This document shows positions 1-12,415 of a DNA stretch of 64,000 nt, piece after piece. The position numbers were made by a program, and so were the translations under genes. How positions within the stretch are numbered: the first letter of the stretch is position 1; each line of letters starts with the position of its first letter. Under the pieces are notes generated by a model. It was not told the origin of the DNA, did no database searches, and saw only the letters and a list, made by a program, of their open reading frames with translations. Source of the stretch: Mobula hypostoma. Its lineage: Eukaryota. The stretch lies in contig NC_086107.1 of assembly GCF_963921235.1 (NCBI RefSeq), positions 114,268,001-114,332,000 of the forward strand, read 5' to 3'.

Positions 1-49
1 GTAATCAAACACAGTTTATAGGAGTAATTCAGGACCCCGTCACATCTGT

Positions 50-720
50 AACTTTTCCGATGACACAACTACTGCCGAGAAAATTTCAGATGGTGACGAG
101 GAGCATCGGGAGTGAGGAAGATCAGCTGGTTGAGGAATGTCGCAGTAACAACTTTGTGCTCAATGCCATCTAAGTCCAAGGGAGTGATTGTGAACTTCAG
201 GAAGGGGAAGCTGGGGGAAACACACACCAGTCCTCGTCTAGGGGTCCGCAGCGGCGGGAGTCGGCAGCTTCAAGTTCCTGCACGCCAACATCTCAGAGGG
301 TCTATCCTGCGCCCAACACCAGGAAGAGGGTGTGCCGGCAGCTCTACGTCCTTCATTAGGAGTTTGAGGAGATTTTAGCAAATCTCCTCATTGTTGGTCA
401 CAAACTATCTCATCAAGACTTTAGCAAATGCCTACAGATGGACGGTGGGGAGGATTCCAGCCACTGGATCATGAGCGGCTGCAGCCGGTTGTAGGCTCGG
501 CCAATGCCAACACAAGCACAAGCCTCCTCACCGTTGAGGGAATCTGAAGATCCAGTGGCAGAAGGAGACGGCATCCATCGTGAAGGACTCTCACCAGCCA
601 GAACATGCCTCCTTTCCGTTGCTAGCAGCGGTCTGCGGGTACGAGAGCCTGAAGACACACATCCAGGAACAGTCGCTTCCCCTCCACCGCCAGGTTTCTG
701 AACATCCCATGAACACTTCC
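50..720 (+). mobile_element. Rex1/Babar LINE 3' fragment, highly decayed
   Basis: Degenerate F.DDTT...ISDGDE...VIVNFRK sequence homologous to the clearer copy at 30676-31311. Confidence 0.6.
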
Positions 721-1189
721 TCACTGCTCCTCTTTCACACATTTTGTAGCAACTTGTAGTAATTTTTATAATTTTGTCGCAAATCAAACTTCAGGGCAGA
801 CGTCAATGGTAATAAACCTGATTCTGATTCGATGACCAAGTGCTGTCACTGATTTCGGCTCCTGGATGGGGTAACCAGGGGGTGCAGAGGTGCCGGAGCT
901 CATCCGAGCAATTGCTCCGGCGCCTCTGTGAAAAAAAGTCAAAATAAACAACGGGGAATTTAACAGCGGCCGCTTATTAAATAGAGGGAAATTTACAGAA
1001 ACAGGGGTTGGGGAGAGGGGGTGGTGGCTGGTGGGGAAAATGCCACTAATAACATTAGGATATTTGATCGTTTTTTGGTGAAATCCTGGAGCTGTGACTG
1101 TTTTGTGGAATTTCTCCTCGCTCGACCGGTTGTCCCAGCTTACCGTGCTGTAGCCTCCCGCCATTTCACAGGACCTCGGTCTCTCGCCA

Positions 1190-1625
1190 GCACTCGTTGT
1201 TTGAGCGTTGTTCGCAGAGAAAATAAAAATCTTAGATCTTTTGAAAAGTGGCATGTCGCTTGCCGAAGTGGGCCGTAAGGTCGGTAAGGACGAATGGAGC
1301 ATTCGCACAATAAAGCAGAAAGAAGCTGAAATTCGTGGAAGTGTTAGTGCTACCCCGACAACGGCAGAAGTGGTCTCTCTGGTTTGTGATAAAGTGCTTG
1401 CAAAGACTGAGAAAGCATTAAGTGTGCGGCTGGAGGTCATGTCACAGAAGCATATCCTTGTTGATGGCAAAATTATGCGTGAAAAAGCACTTAGCCTCTA
1501 TGAACACTACTGTGAGGGGGTTGAGGAGAGCGAGAGGAAGGAGTTTAAGGCTAGTAAGGGACGGCTGGCTAGCTATGTAAAGCGCTACAGCCTCAAGAAA
1601 TTAAAGATCACGGGAGAATCGACAT
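1190..1625 (+). mobile_element. Tigger/pogo (Tc1-mariner) transposase N-terminal fragment inside hAT A
   Basis: KIKILDLLKSGMSLAEVGRKVG...REKALSLYE...FKASKG...LKITGES matches the CENP-B-type HTH domains; it ends before the DDE domain. Confidence 0.8.
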
Positions 1626-2059
1626 GGCTGATGTACCAAGTATCCTATTATGGAGCAGTTCACGCTTGAAGTCTCTCAGAAAAAAAATTGTTGATCACAA
1701 ACTATCAAAAGCTCACACTGCTGCTCTAAGTGTTGAAAATATAGCTCGTGAAGAAGAAGGAGGATTATGTGACACCATGAATGCTTCGCATCCAAAGGTT
1801 CGAATTTTCGTTCTGCATATTATTTAGCTCAAAATGATCACTCTGATCACTTTGGCTTATTGGAACTTCAAAAAAAATAGGATTGACATTGGAATTGGAC
1901 TGCATTCCTGCACTACTGCTACATGGATAATTAATCACATAGCCATTAATATGAAAAAGAACATTTTCAGGCATATCAAGCAGATAAATGGCAAATTTTC
2001 TATTCTCATTGATGATTCAACAAGCCTGAGCATTAAGACTGCCCTAATAACCATATAAC

Positions 2060-5000
2060 AATTACAGGACGGAAACAGGCCATCTCGGCCCTTCTAGTCC
2101 GTGCTGAACTCTTACTCTCACCTCATCCCACCGACCTGCACTCAGCCCATAACCCTCCATTCCTTTCCTGTCCATATATCTATCCAATTTAACTTTAAAT
2201 GACAACATCGAACCTGCCTCAACCACTTCTGCTAGAAGCTCGTTCCACACAGCTACCACTCTCTACCCCCTCATGTTACCCCTAAACTTCTGCCCTTTAA
2301 CTCTCAACTCATGTCCTCTTGTTTGAATCTCCCCCACTCTCAATGGAAAAAGCCTATCCACGTCAACTCTATCTATCCCCCTCATAATTTTAAACACCTC
2401 TATCAAGTCCCCCCTCAACCTTCTATGCTCCAAAGAATAAAAACCCAACTTGTTTAACCTTTCTCTGTAATTTAGGAGATGAAACCCAGGTAACATTCTA
2501 GTAAATCTTCTCTTACTCTCTCTATTTTGTTGACAACTTTCCTATAATTCGGTGACCAAAACTGTACACAATACTCCAAATTTGGTCTCACCAATGCCTT
2601 GTACAATTTCAACATTACATCCCAACTCCTATACTCAATGCTCTGATTTATAAAGGCCAGTATACCAAAAGCTTTCATCACCACCCTATCCACATGAGAT
2701 TCCACCTTCAGGGAACTATGCACCATTATTCCTAGATCCCTCTACTGCATTCTTCAATGCCCTACCATTTACCATGTATGTCCTATTTTGATTAGTCCTA
2801 CCAAAATGTAGCACCTCACATTTATCAGTATTAAACTCCATCTGCCATCTTTCAGCTCACTCTTCTAACTGGCCTAAATCTCTCTGCAAGCTTTGAAAAC
2901 CTACTTCATTACCCACAATTCCACCTATCTTAGTATCATCTGCATACTTACTCATCCAATTTGCCACCCCATCATCCAGATCATTAATGTATATGACAAA
3001 CAACATTGGACCCAGTACAGATCCCTGAGGCACACCACTAGACACTGGCCTCCAATCTGACACACAGTTATCCACCACTACTCTCTGGCGTCTCCCATCC
3101 AGCCACTGCTGAATCCATTTTATTACTTCAATATTAATACCTAAAGGTTGAACCTTCCTCACTAACCTTCCATGTGAAACCTTGTCAAAGGCCTTACTGA
3201 AGTCCATATAGACAACATCCACCGCTTTACCCTTGTCAACTTTCCTAGTAACCTTTTCAAAAAATTCAATAAAATTTGTCAAACATGACTTTCCATGCAC
3301 AAATCCATGTTGACTATTCCTAATCAGACCCTGTCTATCCAGATAATTATATATACCATCTCTAAGAATACTTTCCATCAATTTACCCACCACTGACGTC
3401 AAACTCACTGGCCAATAATTGCTAGGTTTACTCTTAGAACCCTTTTTAAACCAATGGAACCACATGAGCAATACGCCAATCCTCCAGCACCATCCCCGTT
3501 TCTAATGACATTTGAAATATTTCTGTCAGAGCCCCTGCTATTTCCACACTAACTTCCCTCAAGGTCGTAGGGAAAATCCTGTCAGGACCCGGAGACTTAT
3601 CCACTTTTATATTCCTTAAAAGCACCAGTACTTCCTCTTCTTTAATCATCATAGTTTCCATTACTTACCTACCTGTTTCCCTTATCTTACAGAATTCAAA
3701 ATCTTTCTCCTTAGCGAATACCAAAGAAAAGAAATTGTTCAGAATCTCCCCCCATCTCTTTTGGCTCCTCACATAGCTGTCCACTCTGATTCTCTAAGGG
3801 ACCAATTTTATCCCTCACTATCCCTTTGCTATTAATATAACTGTAGAAACCCTTGGGATTTATTTTCACCTTACTTGCCAAAGCAACCTCATATCTTCTT
3901 TTAGCTTTTCTAATTCCTTTCTTAAGATTCTTTTTACATTCTTTATATTCCTCAAGCACCTCATTTACTCCATGCTGCCTATATTTATTGTAGTTATCTC
4001 TCCTTTTCCAAACCAAGTTTCCAATATCCCTTGAAAACCATGGCTCTCTCAAATTTTTAACCCTTCCTTTCAACCGGAACATAAAGATTCTGTACCCTCA
4101 AAATTTCACCTTTAAATGACCTCCATTTCTCTATTACATTCTACCCGCAAAACAAATTGTCCCAATTCACTCCTTCTAAATCCTTTTGCATCTCCTTAAA
4201 GTTAGCCTTACTCCAATCAAAAATCTGAACCCTGGGTCCAGACCTATCCTTCTCCATAATTATATTGAAACTAATAGCATTGTGATCACTGGACCCAAAA
4301 TGCTCCCCAACACAAACCTCCGTCACCTGACCTATCTCATTCCCTAACAGGAGATCCAACACTGCCCCTTCTCTAGTTGGTACCTCTATGTATTGCTGCA
4401 AAAAACAATCCTGCACACATTTTACAAACTCCAAACCATCCAGCCCTTTTACAGTATGGGCTTCCCAGTCTATGTGTGGAAAATTAAAATCTCCCACAAT
4501 CACAACCTTGTGCTTACTACAAATATCTGCTATCTCCTTACAAATTTGCTCCTCCAATTCTCTCTCCCCATTTGGTGGTCTATAATACACCCCTATAAGT
4601 GTTACTACACCTTTCCCATTCCTCAATTCCACCCCGGTAGCCTCCCTAGACGAGCCCTCTAATTTATCCTGCCAGAGCACCGCTGTAATATTTTCTCTGA
4701 CAAGCAATGCAACACCTCCCCCTCTTGTCCCTCCGATTCTATCACAACTGAAGCAATTAAACCCAGGAATATTTAGTTGCCAATCACACCCCTCCTGTAA
4801 CCATGTTTCACTAATAGCTACCACATCATACTTCCAGGTATCAATCCATGCTTCAAGCTCATCCACCTTTCTTACAATGCTCCTAGCATTAAATTAAATG
4901 CATTTAAGAAATGTTCCACCTCTTACTCTCTGCTTAACACTAAGGGTGCCAACAACTTTACTATTTTCTTTTTCTTCCTTCTCCCCTACATCTGTTCCTA

Positions 5001-5262
5001 CACTCTGGTTCCCCTCCCCCCTCGTATCTAGTTTAAATCCACTGGAGCCTCTCTAGCAAACCTAATTGCAAGAATATTTGTCCCCCTCCAGTTCAGATGA
5101 AAACCATCCCGCCGGAACAGGCCCCACCTTCCCTGGAAAACTGCTCAATTATCTATAAATCTGAAGCCCTCCCTCCAGCACCATGTCTTCAGCCACATGT
5201 TGATCTGTGGTATCTTACTATTTCTAAACCCGCCTGCACATGGCACGGGTAGCAATCCTGAG
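2060..5262 (-). mobile_element. CR1 LINE (5'-truncated; decayed ORF2 endonuclease + RT) inserted in hAT A transposase
   Basis: ORFs 4141-4866 (ISETWL, YYRPP, GDFN, SDH) and 2857-3471 (DFSKAFD, GVPQGSVLGP, YADD); typical CR1 3' end. The hAT reading frame resumes on either side. Confidence 0.93.
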
Positions 5263-5445
5263 ATTTAAAATGTGAAAGTGATAAGGAAGGGGATCCCTAT
5301 TTTATGTTTTTAGATCTAATTGAACTGCCTGATCAGAAAGCTGCAACTATTGCTAAGCATCTATTGAACTGTCTCAATAACCATGGGTTTGATGACTGTT
5401 ACTTCAAACAGAACCTTGTAGCATTTGCTAGTGATGGGGTGAGCA

Positions 5446-7255
5446 CTTTAGGCAGGGCTAGGCTGGGCTGCGGCCCAGGGGCCCGAGCTGCAGAGGGGCC
5501 CAAAATAGGTCGCTATCATCATGGCGGACAAAAAAAAATACGAGAGTGGAGCACAGAATAGAAACAAGAAACAAGAAAAAGAGGACCGTGAGAAAGAAGG
5601 GTTAAAAAAGTCATTGAAATTGACAGAATTTTTTAAACCTGTTCTCGATGATGCAGCAGTACCATCGCTCTTGTCACAGTCCGAGACCGGTGGACAAACG
5701 GAGACTTGTTCAACAGCTAGCGCTAGCACCAGTGTTAGCACAGGACCACCGTCCCTGCCACAGTCAGCAGCTAACGCTGAAGAGGCAGAGAGCATGACTT
5801 TGAGATTCCTGACCACAGAGGCCTCCGAATAACCAAGTCCGGCTGCCATTAACGTTAACATTACCGCTACTGAGGATCCTTACAGCACTGATCCTACTCG
5901 CACGGGAAAGGAAATGTTAGATGATTCAGTCCGAGCGTACTGGGCTACGAAAGGGCCGGAGTCCTGCCAGAATAAGGATGTGGAATATCAAAGCTTTGGA
6001 ACGAGTATACAAACAGCAGAGACGTTTTTTCTCCGAATTTCACTTCAAACGCAGGCTCGTAAATGGTCAGTACATATCAAGGCAATTCCTCTTATATTCC
6101 CCTTCCACCGGCTGTGTGGTTTGTTTTGCATGCTGCATCTTCAGTGATGGTAACTGTCAGTCCATCTTCGAAACTGGCTTTAGCGACTGGAAACATGCCG
6201 CTGAACGCATAGGAGAGCATGAAAATAGCGAACACCACAGGAAAACGATACTGACCTACGTTACACTAGCGTCTGACAGCGGAAGAATAGATACAGAACT
6301 ACAAAAACAGTTCGAGTCAGAGTGTGTCTACTGGACCGACGTATTGAGGAGAGTGTTGGTGGTTGTGAAGTTTTTGGTCGAGAGGGGACGGGCTATCCGA
6401 GGCTCCAGTGACATATTTGGCAGGTCTGATAATGGCAACTACATAGGCTCAGATCCACAATGGGACAGGACAGGCTGAGTCATCTTACTCTGATGTCACT
6501 TGAAAGTGATCTTGTTCAGAAACTGGATTTTAGTGATCTGTTCCAGGACATTGCTGCAAAGAAATCCAGAAGAACTGGGCTTTAATTTTGAAAAACAAGC
6601 ATCTGACTTTGAAAATATCTAGGCTTGTGTGTCAGCGCTGTTCCTGTTTTTGGGGCAATAGGCTAATAGTTGACTGTTTACAATCTTAGTAAGTAATAAG
6701 TGGTCTTTACTCTGCAAGCCACACAGTACAGCAATAGGTTAGTATGTGCTAGATCTCATTTTTCAAAAGGATTGTTGGAGTATTGTCAAGTTTCCTAGTT
6801 TGCCATAGTGCCATCTCTCTTGGCCTTTTTGTCTCTCATTTGTGTTTCACTTTCTCAGAACGCACGGTTGAGAAAAATACCGAGATAAAAATGCTTTGGC
6901 ATAGTTTGAGAAATAAGGCCTTGCCGCAATAGCTGATTAAAGATTTAAGATTGGGTATATCAAGCTTTGTCTCCCTCATAACTTTACTAAGCCAACTAAG
7001 CCTAGGTCAATTTTTGAGTGCTTTAGATGCTGTCCTTCAAACTAAGGATCTGCATTACTTTCTGTCCTCCCTCTTAAGGCCTGTAAGTTTACAGCCTACG
7101 TATTGTACTCAACCAATGTCTTGATCCACAGCTTTGATATTTAGACCAGTACCACCTTTGCTCTTGTTCTTGCCTTTTTTTTGCTTGCTACAGCAGCATT
7201 TTACCGTGTCGGCAGGGGCCCGTCAGGGCCTCCAGCCCCACTAAATCCGGCTCTG
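5446..7255 (+). mobile_element. hAT transposon B, copy 1 (ZMYM1/TTF-zinc-finger type, internally deleted)
   Basis: LLYSPSTGCVVCFACCIF...GFSDWKH...HENSEHH...RG...NGNY fused directly to the transposase C-terminus. TSD GGTGAGCA (5438-5445) / GGTGAGCG (7256-7263). Right end AAATCCGGCTCTG; left TIR lacks about 10 nt. Confidence 0.88.
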
Positions 7256-8225
7256 GGTGAGCGTAACACTTGGTGTCAAATCTGGTGTTGCTACAGTTCT
7301 CAAGGAACATTACCCTGATGTGATAATTTAGCACTGTCTTAATCACAGATTAGAACTTGCAGTAGGTGGTTCGGTGAGAGAAGTTCATGGAATAAATCAT
7401 TTCCAATCATTTATGGACAAATTGTACTCTGTTTACAGTAGATCACCTCTAAATCAAAAGGAACTGTCTGAATGTGCCTCTCAACTAGAACAACAAATTT
7501 GAAATATAGGCTGTGTTCTGGGCACCAGGTGGGTAGCTAGCTCATTTCCAACAGTTTCAGCAGTGCGGCAAAATTATGAAGCACTGTGTTTTCGTTTTGA
7601 AAAAGCAATGAAGGATGAAACAAGATCTGGAAGTGACAGAAAAACCTATGAAGGTCTGTTGAAAAGACTCTCTTCAGAATAGTTTCTATTGGATTCACAT
7701 TGCATGAACTTGGTTTACTGTCAGAGTGTTTACAGAAATGCAGTACTACGATTGTTTATGCTGACAAACTGATCCAACAGAGCATAAGATCACCGCATGG
7801 AGTGAAAGAGCAACCTGGTACAAAAACTCTAGAAGCTCAAGAGGCAGTTGAAAAGGGGAAGTTTGGAGAAACTACCTTAACAAGCAACAACAAAATTGTC
7901 TCCATTAATTATCTACAGTTTCTTACTAGACTTATAAACAATTTGCAGCACTGTATGTTCAAGGCAACATACTTGAAAAACAAACTTCTCAACTTCAAAG
8001 TATATATAAATCCCTGCTAAATGAAATGTGTGCCCTTGATAAAGATAACGGGCCTGCTGAAACACTGCCTAATTATGGAGAAGCTGCAATATCATCTCTG
8101 TAAGAGGTTTAAGCTTTCTTCCTCCTCTGTAATAAATGCCTTCAGAGATTATGTGGAGGATCAGGGACACCACATCTCCCAAGATTTACGCTTGTTACTT
8201 GAGCTGTTCACAAGTTATTCCGATT

Positions 8226-8586
8226 AGTAAACACAAAATACTCTGCAGATGCTGGGGTCAAAGCAACACTCACAGCACGCTGGAGGAACTCAGCAGGTCG
8301 GGCAGCATCCGTGGAAATGAACAGTCAATGCCTCATTCTACTAGCCATTTTCCTTCTTCATCTTTCCTGTCTATCCCCTCCCCCACCCCTTTATCTTTCC
8401 CCTTACTGGTTTTTCACCTGGAACCTACCAGCCTTCTCCTTCCCACCCTCCCCCCATCTCTTTATAGGGCCCCTGCTCCCTCCCTCTTCAGTCCTGATGA
8501 AGGGTTCCGGCCCGAAACGTTGACTGTTCATTTCCACGGATGCTGCCCAACCTGCTGAGTTCCCCCAGCGCGTTGTGAGTGTTGCT
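8226..8586 (+). mobile_element. Penelope-like terminal fragment with inverted ends
   Basis: GCTGGAGGAACTCAGCAGG...GGCAGCATCCGTGGAAATGAACAGTCAA and its reverse complement flank a pyrimidine-rich core; same terminus as the GIY-YIG element at 20750. Confidence 0.8.
8489..8526 (+). ncRNA. Minimal type I hammerhead ribozyme motif (Penelope-associated)
   Basis: CAGTC-CTGATGA-AGGGTTCCGGCCC-GAAA-CGTT-GACTG: stem I CAGTC/GACTG, intact core, stem II GGG/CCC, palindromic stem III ACGT, GUU cleavage triplet. Confidence 0.7.
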
Positions 8587-9304
8587 TATTCCTATTAGTA
8601 CTGCTGAGTGTGAGAGAGGAATCAGTCACATGAACTTGATAATAACAACAACACGCTCAAGAATTCTCATAAATCACCTATCAGCACTTATGTTTGTTAA
8701 ACTACATGGACCTCCTCTAGTTCAGTGGAATCCTGAGCCGTACGTCACATCATGGCTGCGGTACCACAGATCAGCAGATGACAGCAGGACAAGAGTTGCT
8801 TCACACCCCCAAACACACATTATGCCAGACCCTTTGTGAAAATTAGTGTGAAACTTCTCATTGGTGGCATTTGGCAAGTAGGTAATTATTTTTAAATTGG
8901 TAAAATACATGATTACCATCTTTTTCTTTACCTGCTTGGTAATTATATTTTATGATAATTAGTGAGTCATCATCATAGTTTGTCACACCAGACAGCCAGC
9001 CGCCACCCTAGTGTTGTTTGGTTGATGTTGAGCAGGTCAGTGTACCTGCTCATTACATGAATGGGGCAAGGACATGAAATGAGCAGGTAAACAAATTGGG
9101 TGTGGCATATATAGAGGGAAGGAGCACCTTACGCCTCCTTTGGTAGAGATGTATCTCCACCCCACCACCCATGCCCAGCAGAAGGCAATGACTAACAACT
9201 TCAGTTAAAAAAAAATGCCAAGAGCAATCACAGTCAAAGACTACGATTACCTCCGTCACACGACAAGGCAAATAGCAATGATGATGACATTGTCCCTATG
9301 GGTT

Positions 9305-9695
9305 CATCATCATAGCTTGTCACACCAGACAGCCAGTCACTCTAGTGTTGTTTGGTTGATGTTGAGCAGGTCAGTGTCAGCTAAGTCAGGTGAGAGTGGG
9401 CAGTTGCACAGAACGTGTTCAATGTTCTGCACGCTTTCGCCACACCCACGGGATTCGCTGGTCTTTAAACCCCACTTCACCATATTGTCTCCCGTCCTAC
9501 AAACCCCCGCTCTCGCTCTGTTGAGAGTGCAGCACTTCCGTCTGTCAAGCCGTGCCCCGTCTGGTAACATTTCTGTGGGGTCTTGCACTGTATTGTTTGG
9601 TGGGGTTCTGGCTTCTGTTTGTTGCCAGAGGTCAATCCTGTATGTCTGGGGGGATGTTCCGTGCAGTAGTTCCTCCACTGTAGCAAAGCTTTTCC
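9305..9695 (-). mobile_element. Vingi/Ingi-like LINE 3' fragment
   Basis: TLNRARAGVCRTGDNMVKWGL..S..CGESVQNIEHVLCNCP resembles the C-terminal CCHC knuckle; (ATG)n tail; 3' end partly repeated at ~8967-9045. Confidence 0.55.
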
Positions 9696-9884
9696 TCAAA
9701 TTAGTGAGTGCAACACTTTGTCATATTATTAAATGAAGTATTATATGTTTTATTGTACCAGTTATACACTGAAATGTAGTGATAGGCTAATGTCTTAACT
9801 ATCACTATATTTCTGTGGAGCTCTGGAATTCATATATTTCTTTCATCTTGGTTTAGTGCTTGACATTATAAGAAGCCCTATTCA

Positions 9885-10958
9885 TAGAACATAGAACATA
9901 GAATAGTATAGCACAGTACAGGCCCTTCAGCCCACAATGTTGTGCCAACCCCCAAACCCTGCCTCCATATTAGCCCCCACCTTAATTCCTCCATATACCT
10001 GTCTAACAGTCGCTTAAACTTCACTAGTGTATCTGCTTCCACCACTGACTCAGGCAGTGCATTCCACACACCAGCCACTCTCTTGAGTAAAAAATCTTCC
10101 TCTAATATCCCCCTTGAACTTCCCACCCCTTACCTTAAAGCCATGTCCTCTTGTATTGAGCAGTGGTGCCCTGGGGAAGAGGCACTGGCTATCCACTCTA
10201 TCTATTCCTTTTATCATCTTGTACACCTCTATCATATCTCCTCTCAACCTCCTTCTCTCCAAAGAGTAAAGCTCCCTTAATCTCTGATCATAATGCATAC
10301 TCTCTAAACCAGGCAGCATCCTGGTAAATCTCCTCTGTACCCTTTCCAATGTTTCCACATCCTTCCTATAGTGAGGTGACCAGAACTGGACACAGTACTC
10401 CAAGTGTGGCCTAACCAGAGTTTTATGGAGCTGCATCATTACATCGTGACTCTTAAACTCTATCCCTCAACCTATGAAAGCTAACACCCCATAAGCTTTC
10501 TTAACTACCCTATCCACCTGTGAGGCAACTTTCAGGGATCTGTGGACATGTACCCCGAGATCCCTCTGCTCCTCCACACTACCAAGTATCCTGCCATTTA
10601 CTTTGTACTCTGCCTTGGAGTGTTGAACTCCATCTGCCACTTCTCAGCCCACTTCTGCATCCTATCAGTGTCTCTCTGCAATCTTTGACAATCCTCTACA
10701 CTATCTACAACACCACACCTTTGTGTTGTCTGCAAACTTGCCAGCCCACCCTTCTACCCACACATCCAGGTCGTTAATAAAAATCACGAAGAGTAAAGGT
10801 CCCATAACAGATCCTTGTGGGACACCACTAGTCACAACCCTCCAATCTGAATGTACTCCTTCCACCACGACCCTCTGACTTCTGCAGGCAAGTCAATTCT
10901 GAATCCACCTGGCCAAACTTCCCTGGATCCCATGCCTTCTGACTTTCTGAATAAGCCT
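9885..10958 (-). mobile_element. CR1 LINE 3' fragment
   Basis: LVRPHLEYCVQFWSP motif; (TTCTATG)n tail; same subfamily as 24228-26965. Confidence 0.9.
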
Positions 10959-11138
10959 AGTCATATATATACGTCACACCCAATTTGTGTACCTGCTCGT
11001 TACATGAATGGGGCAAAGACATGAAATGTTCAGGTAAAGAAATTGGGTGTAACATATATAGAGAGGAGATACAGGAAATGGCAAGCATTTTGTCAGCTCC
11101 GGCACCTAAAAAATTAGCACTGCGCCCCTGGGGGTAAC

Positions 11139-11473
11139 CACCCCTCTATCCACTTTATCCTCCTACCTGCCCCCCTTATGAACCCCTCCATTTCCCGCTG
11201 CTGCTCCCTCACAGCCTGGCTCTGTGCCCAGGCCCACCCCATCAGCCGCTGGGACAGTTCAAGGCCTCGACTCGAGGCCACTGACGCCAATACCTGTGCT
11301 GTTCAACCGGTTGCTGCTCTCTGCCGAGTGTGTGCTGTCAAACACGGAGAGGGAGGGACCAGTTAGGAACGGGGAGTGGTAGAGGGAGAGGGAACCCCTC
11401 CTTTCCCCGCCCCTTGGGGCAGGCTCCTGCCACCCCCGCAATCAGTCATAGTGGCTGATCGGACCGGGGCAGG
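11139..11473 (+). promoter_or_regulatory. GC-rich proximal promoter / 5' UTR candidate of hsd3b7
   Basis: Only non-repeat sequence between the hAT right TSD and the ATG; GC box CCCCGCCCC at 11405-11413, CCAAT near 11286, CpG-rich. Confidence 0.45.
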
Positions 11474-11630
11474 ATGCGAACGGAGCCGGGTCTGGTGTAC
11501 ATGGTGACTGGTGGTTCCGGCTTCCTCGGCCGCCACCTGGTGCGCCTTCTGGCCGAACCTGAGCAGGACATCGCAGAGATCCGCGTGTTTGACCCGAATG
11601 TGGACCCGGACCTGGGGTCTCTGAATACCG
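11474..11630 (+). CDS. hsd3b7: hsd3b7 coding exon 1 (Rossmann NAD-binding motif)
   Basis: ATG at 11474 gives MRTEPGLVYMVTGGSGFLGRHLVRLL...EIRVFD (extended-SDR TGGxGFLG motif plus acidic residue after beta-2). Donor G|GTAAGG at 11631; 157 nt, phase 1. Confidence 0.9.
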
Positions 11631-11805
11631 GTAAGGAAGGGGTGAGGGAGAGGGGCAGGGAGGGACAGAGAGAGGGGGAGGGGGGAGAGAGAACGAGGGA
11701 TGGAGGGAAAGGTGTAGGTAGTGAAGGAGAGATATGAGGGATGGAGAGACAGGTGTGGGAGGGAAGAGGAGAGAAGTGTTGGAAGAAGAGAGGAGAGAGA
11801 CACAG

Positions 11806-11806
<1 letters not shown>

Positions 11807-11868
<62 letters not shown>
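11807..11868. repeat. (AC)n microsatellite
   Basis: About 31 perfect AC units. Confidence 0.97.
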
Positions 11869-11870
<2 letters not shown>

Positions 11871-12053
11871 ACATAAGTGTGCTGGTGCTTTAGAGACGGT
11901 GCAGAGGAGATTTACCAGGAGAGTATGTTTCGTGAGGAATTGTTAAGTGAGTGAGGGCTTTGGAGTAACGGGGGATGAGAGGTGAGAGGTGTAGTAGACA
12001 CCCGGGGCAGGAATGGCTAATGTGAGAGGGCATTAAGGTGATTGGAGAAAAGA

Positions 12054-12415
12054 TGTTATGAAGATTACCCCTCAGTAATAATGAACATTAGGCACGGAGA
12101 AAGAATCTGTATTTACTGACAAGTATCTTTATTGTTTCAACTGAAAGCATGTGAATTTACACAACCAAATATCTGCGTGGACAGCTACTGAGTTTCCCTA
12201 ACCTTCCACGAACAGCCAAAGAATAGAAAATGTAATACCCGGAAAAGAAATCCATGCTGGCCGGGTATTCCTCGTGGTCCCGGTCTAATCTCCACGTGTT
12301 GGTGGGGTCCTCTACGTCTGCGATTGTTGGTCTCCGCACTGTTGTCGCGCTTTGCATTCGAAGCTCCTTACTTTTAAAACAGTTCAATTGTTGCATTTCA
12401 ATCTCAGTCTCTACA
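12054..12415 (-). mobile_element. Putative solo LTR
   Basis: TG...CA termini, AATAAA on the minus strand (~12130), TTTTAAAA TATA-like box (~12375), flanks AAGA/GAGA; CpG-richer than the flanking CR1 pieces. Confidence 0.4.

Larger units (their letters stand above)
876..11130 (+). mobile_element. hAT DNA transposon A (KIAA1586/ZNF862-like transposase, decayed) inflated by nested insertions
   Basis: Perfect TSD GGGGTAAC (868-875 and 11131-11138); ends CAGGGGGTGCAG / CTGCGCCCCTG with shared subterminal AGGTGCCGGAGCT. Transposase pieces: FSILIDDST (~2000-2025), FLDLIEL...FASDG (5304-5440), HCLNHRLELAV (~7330), ISTAECERGISHMN dimerisation domain (8579-8839). Confidence 0.9.

Noticed and set aside
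784..1470. 228-aa minus-strand ORF
   Set aside because: Antisense shadow of the Tigger fragment and hAT end; no recognisable domain.
1625..8839. Domesticated KIAA1586/ZNF862 or ZMYM1 host gene
   Set aside because: Many stops and frameshifts, nested insertions, and enclosing TIRs with TSDs show decayed transposons.
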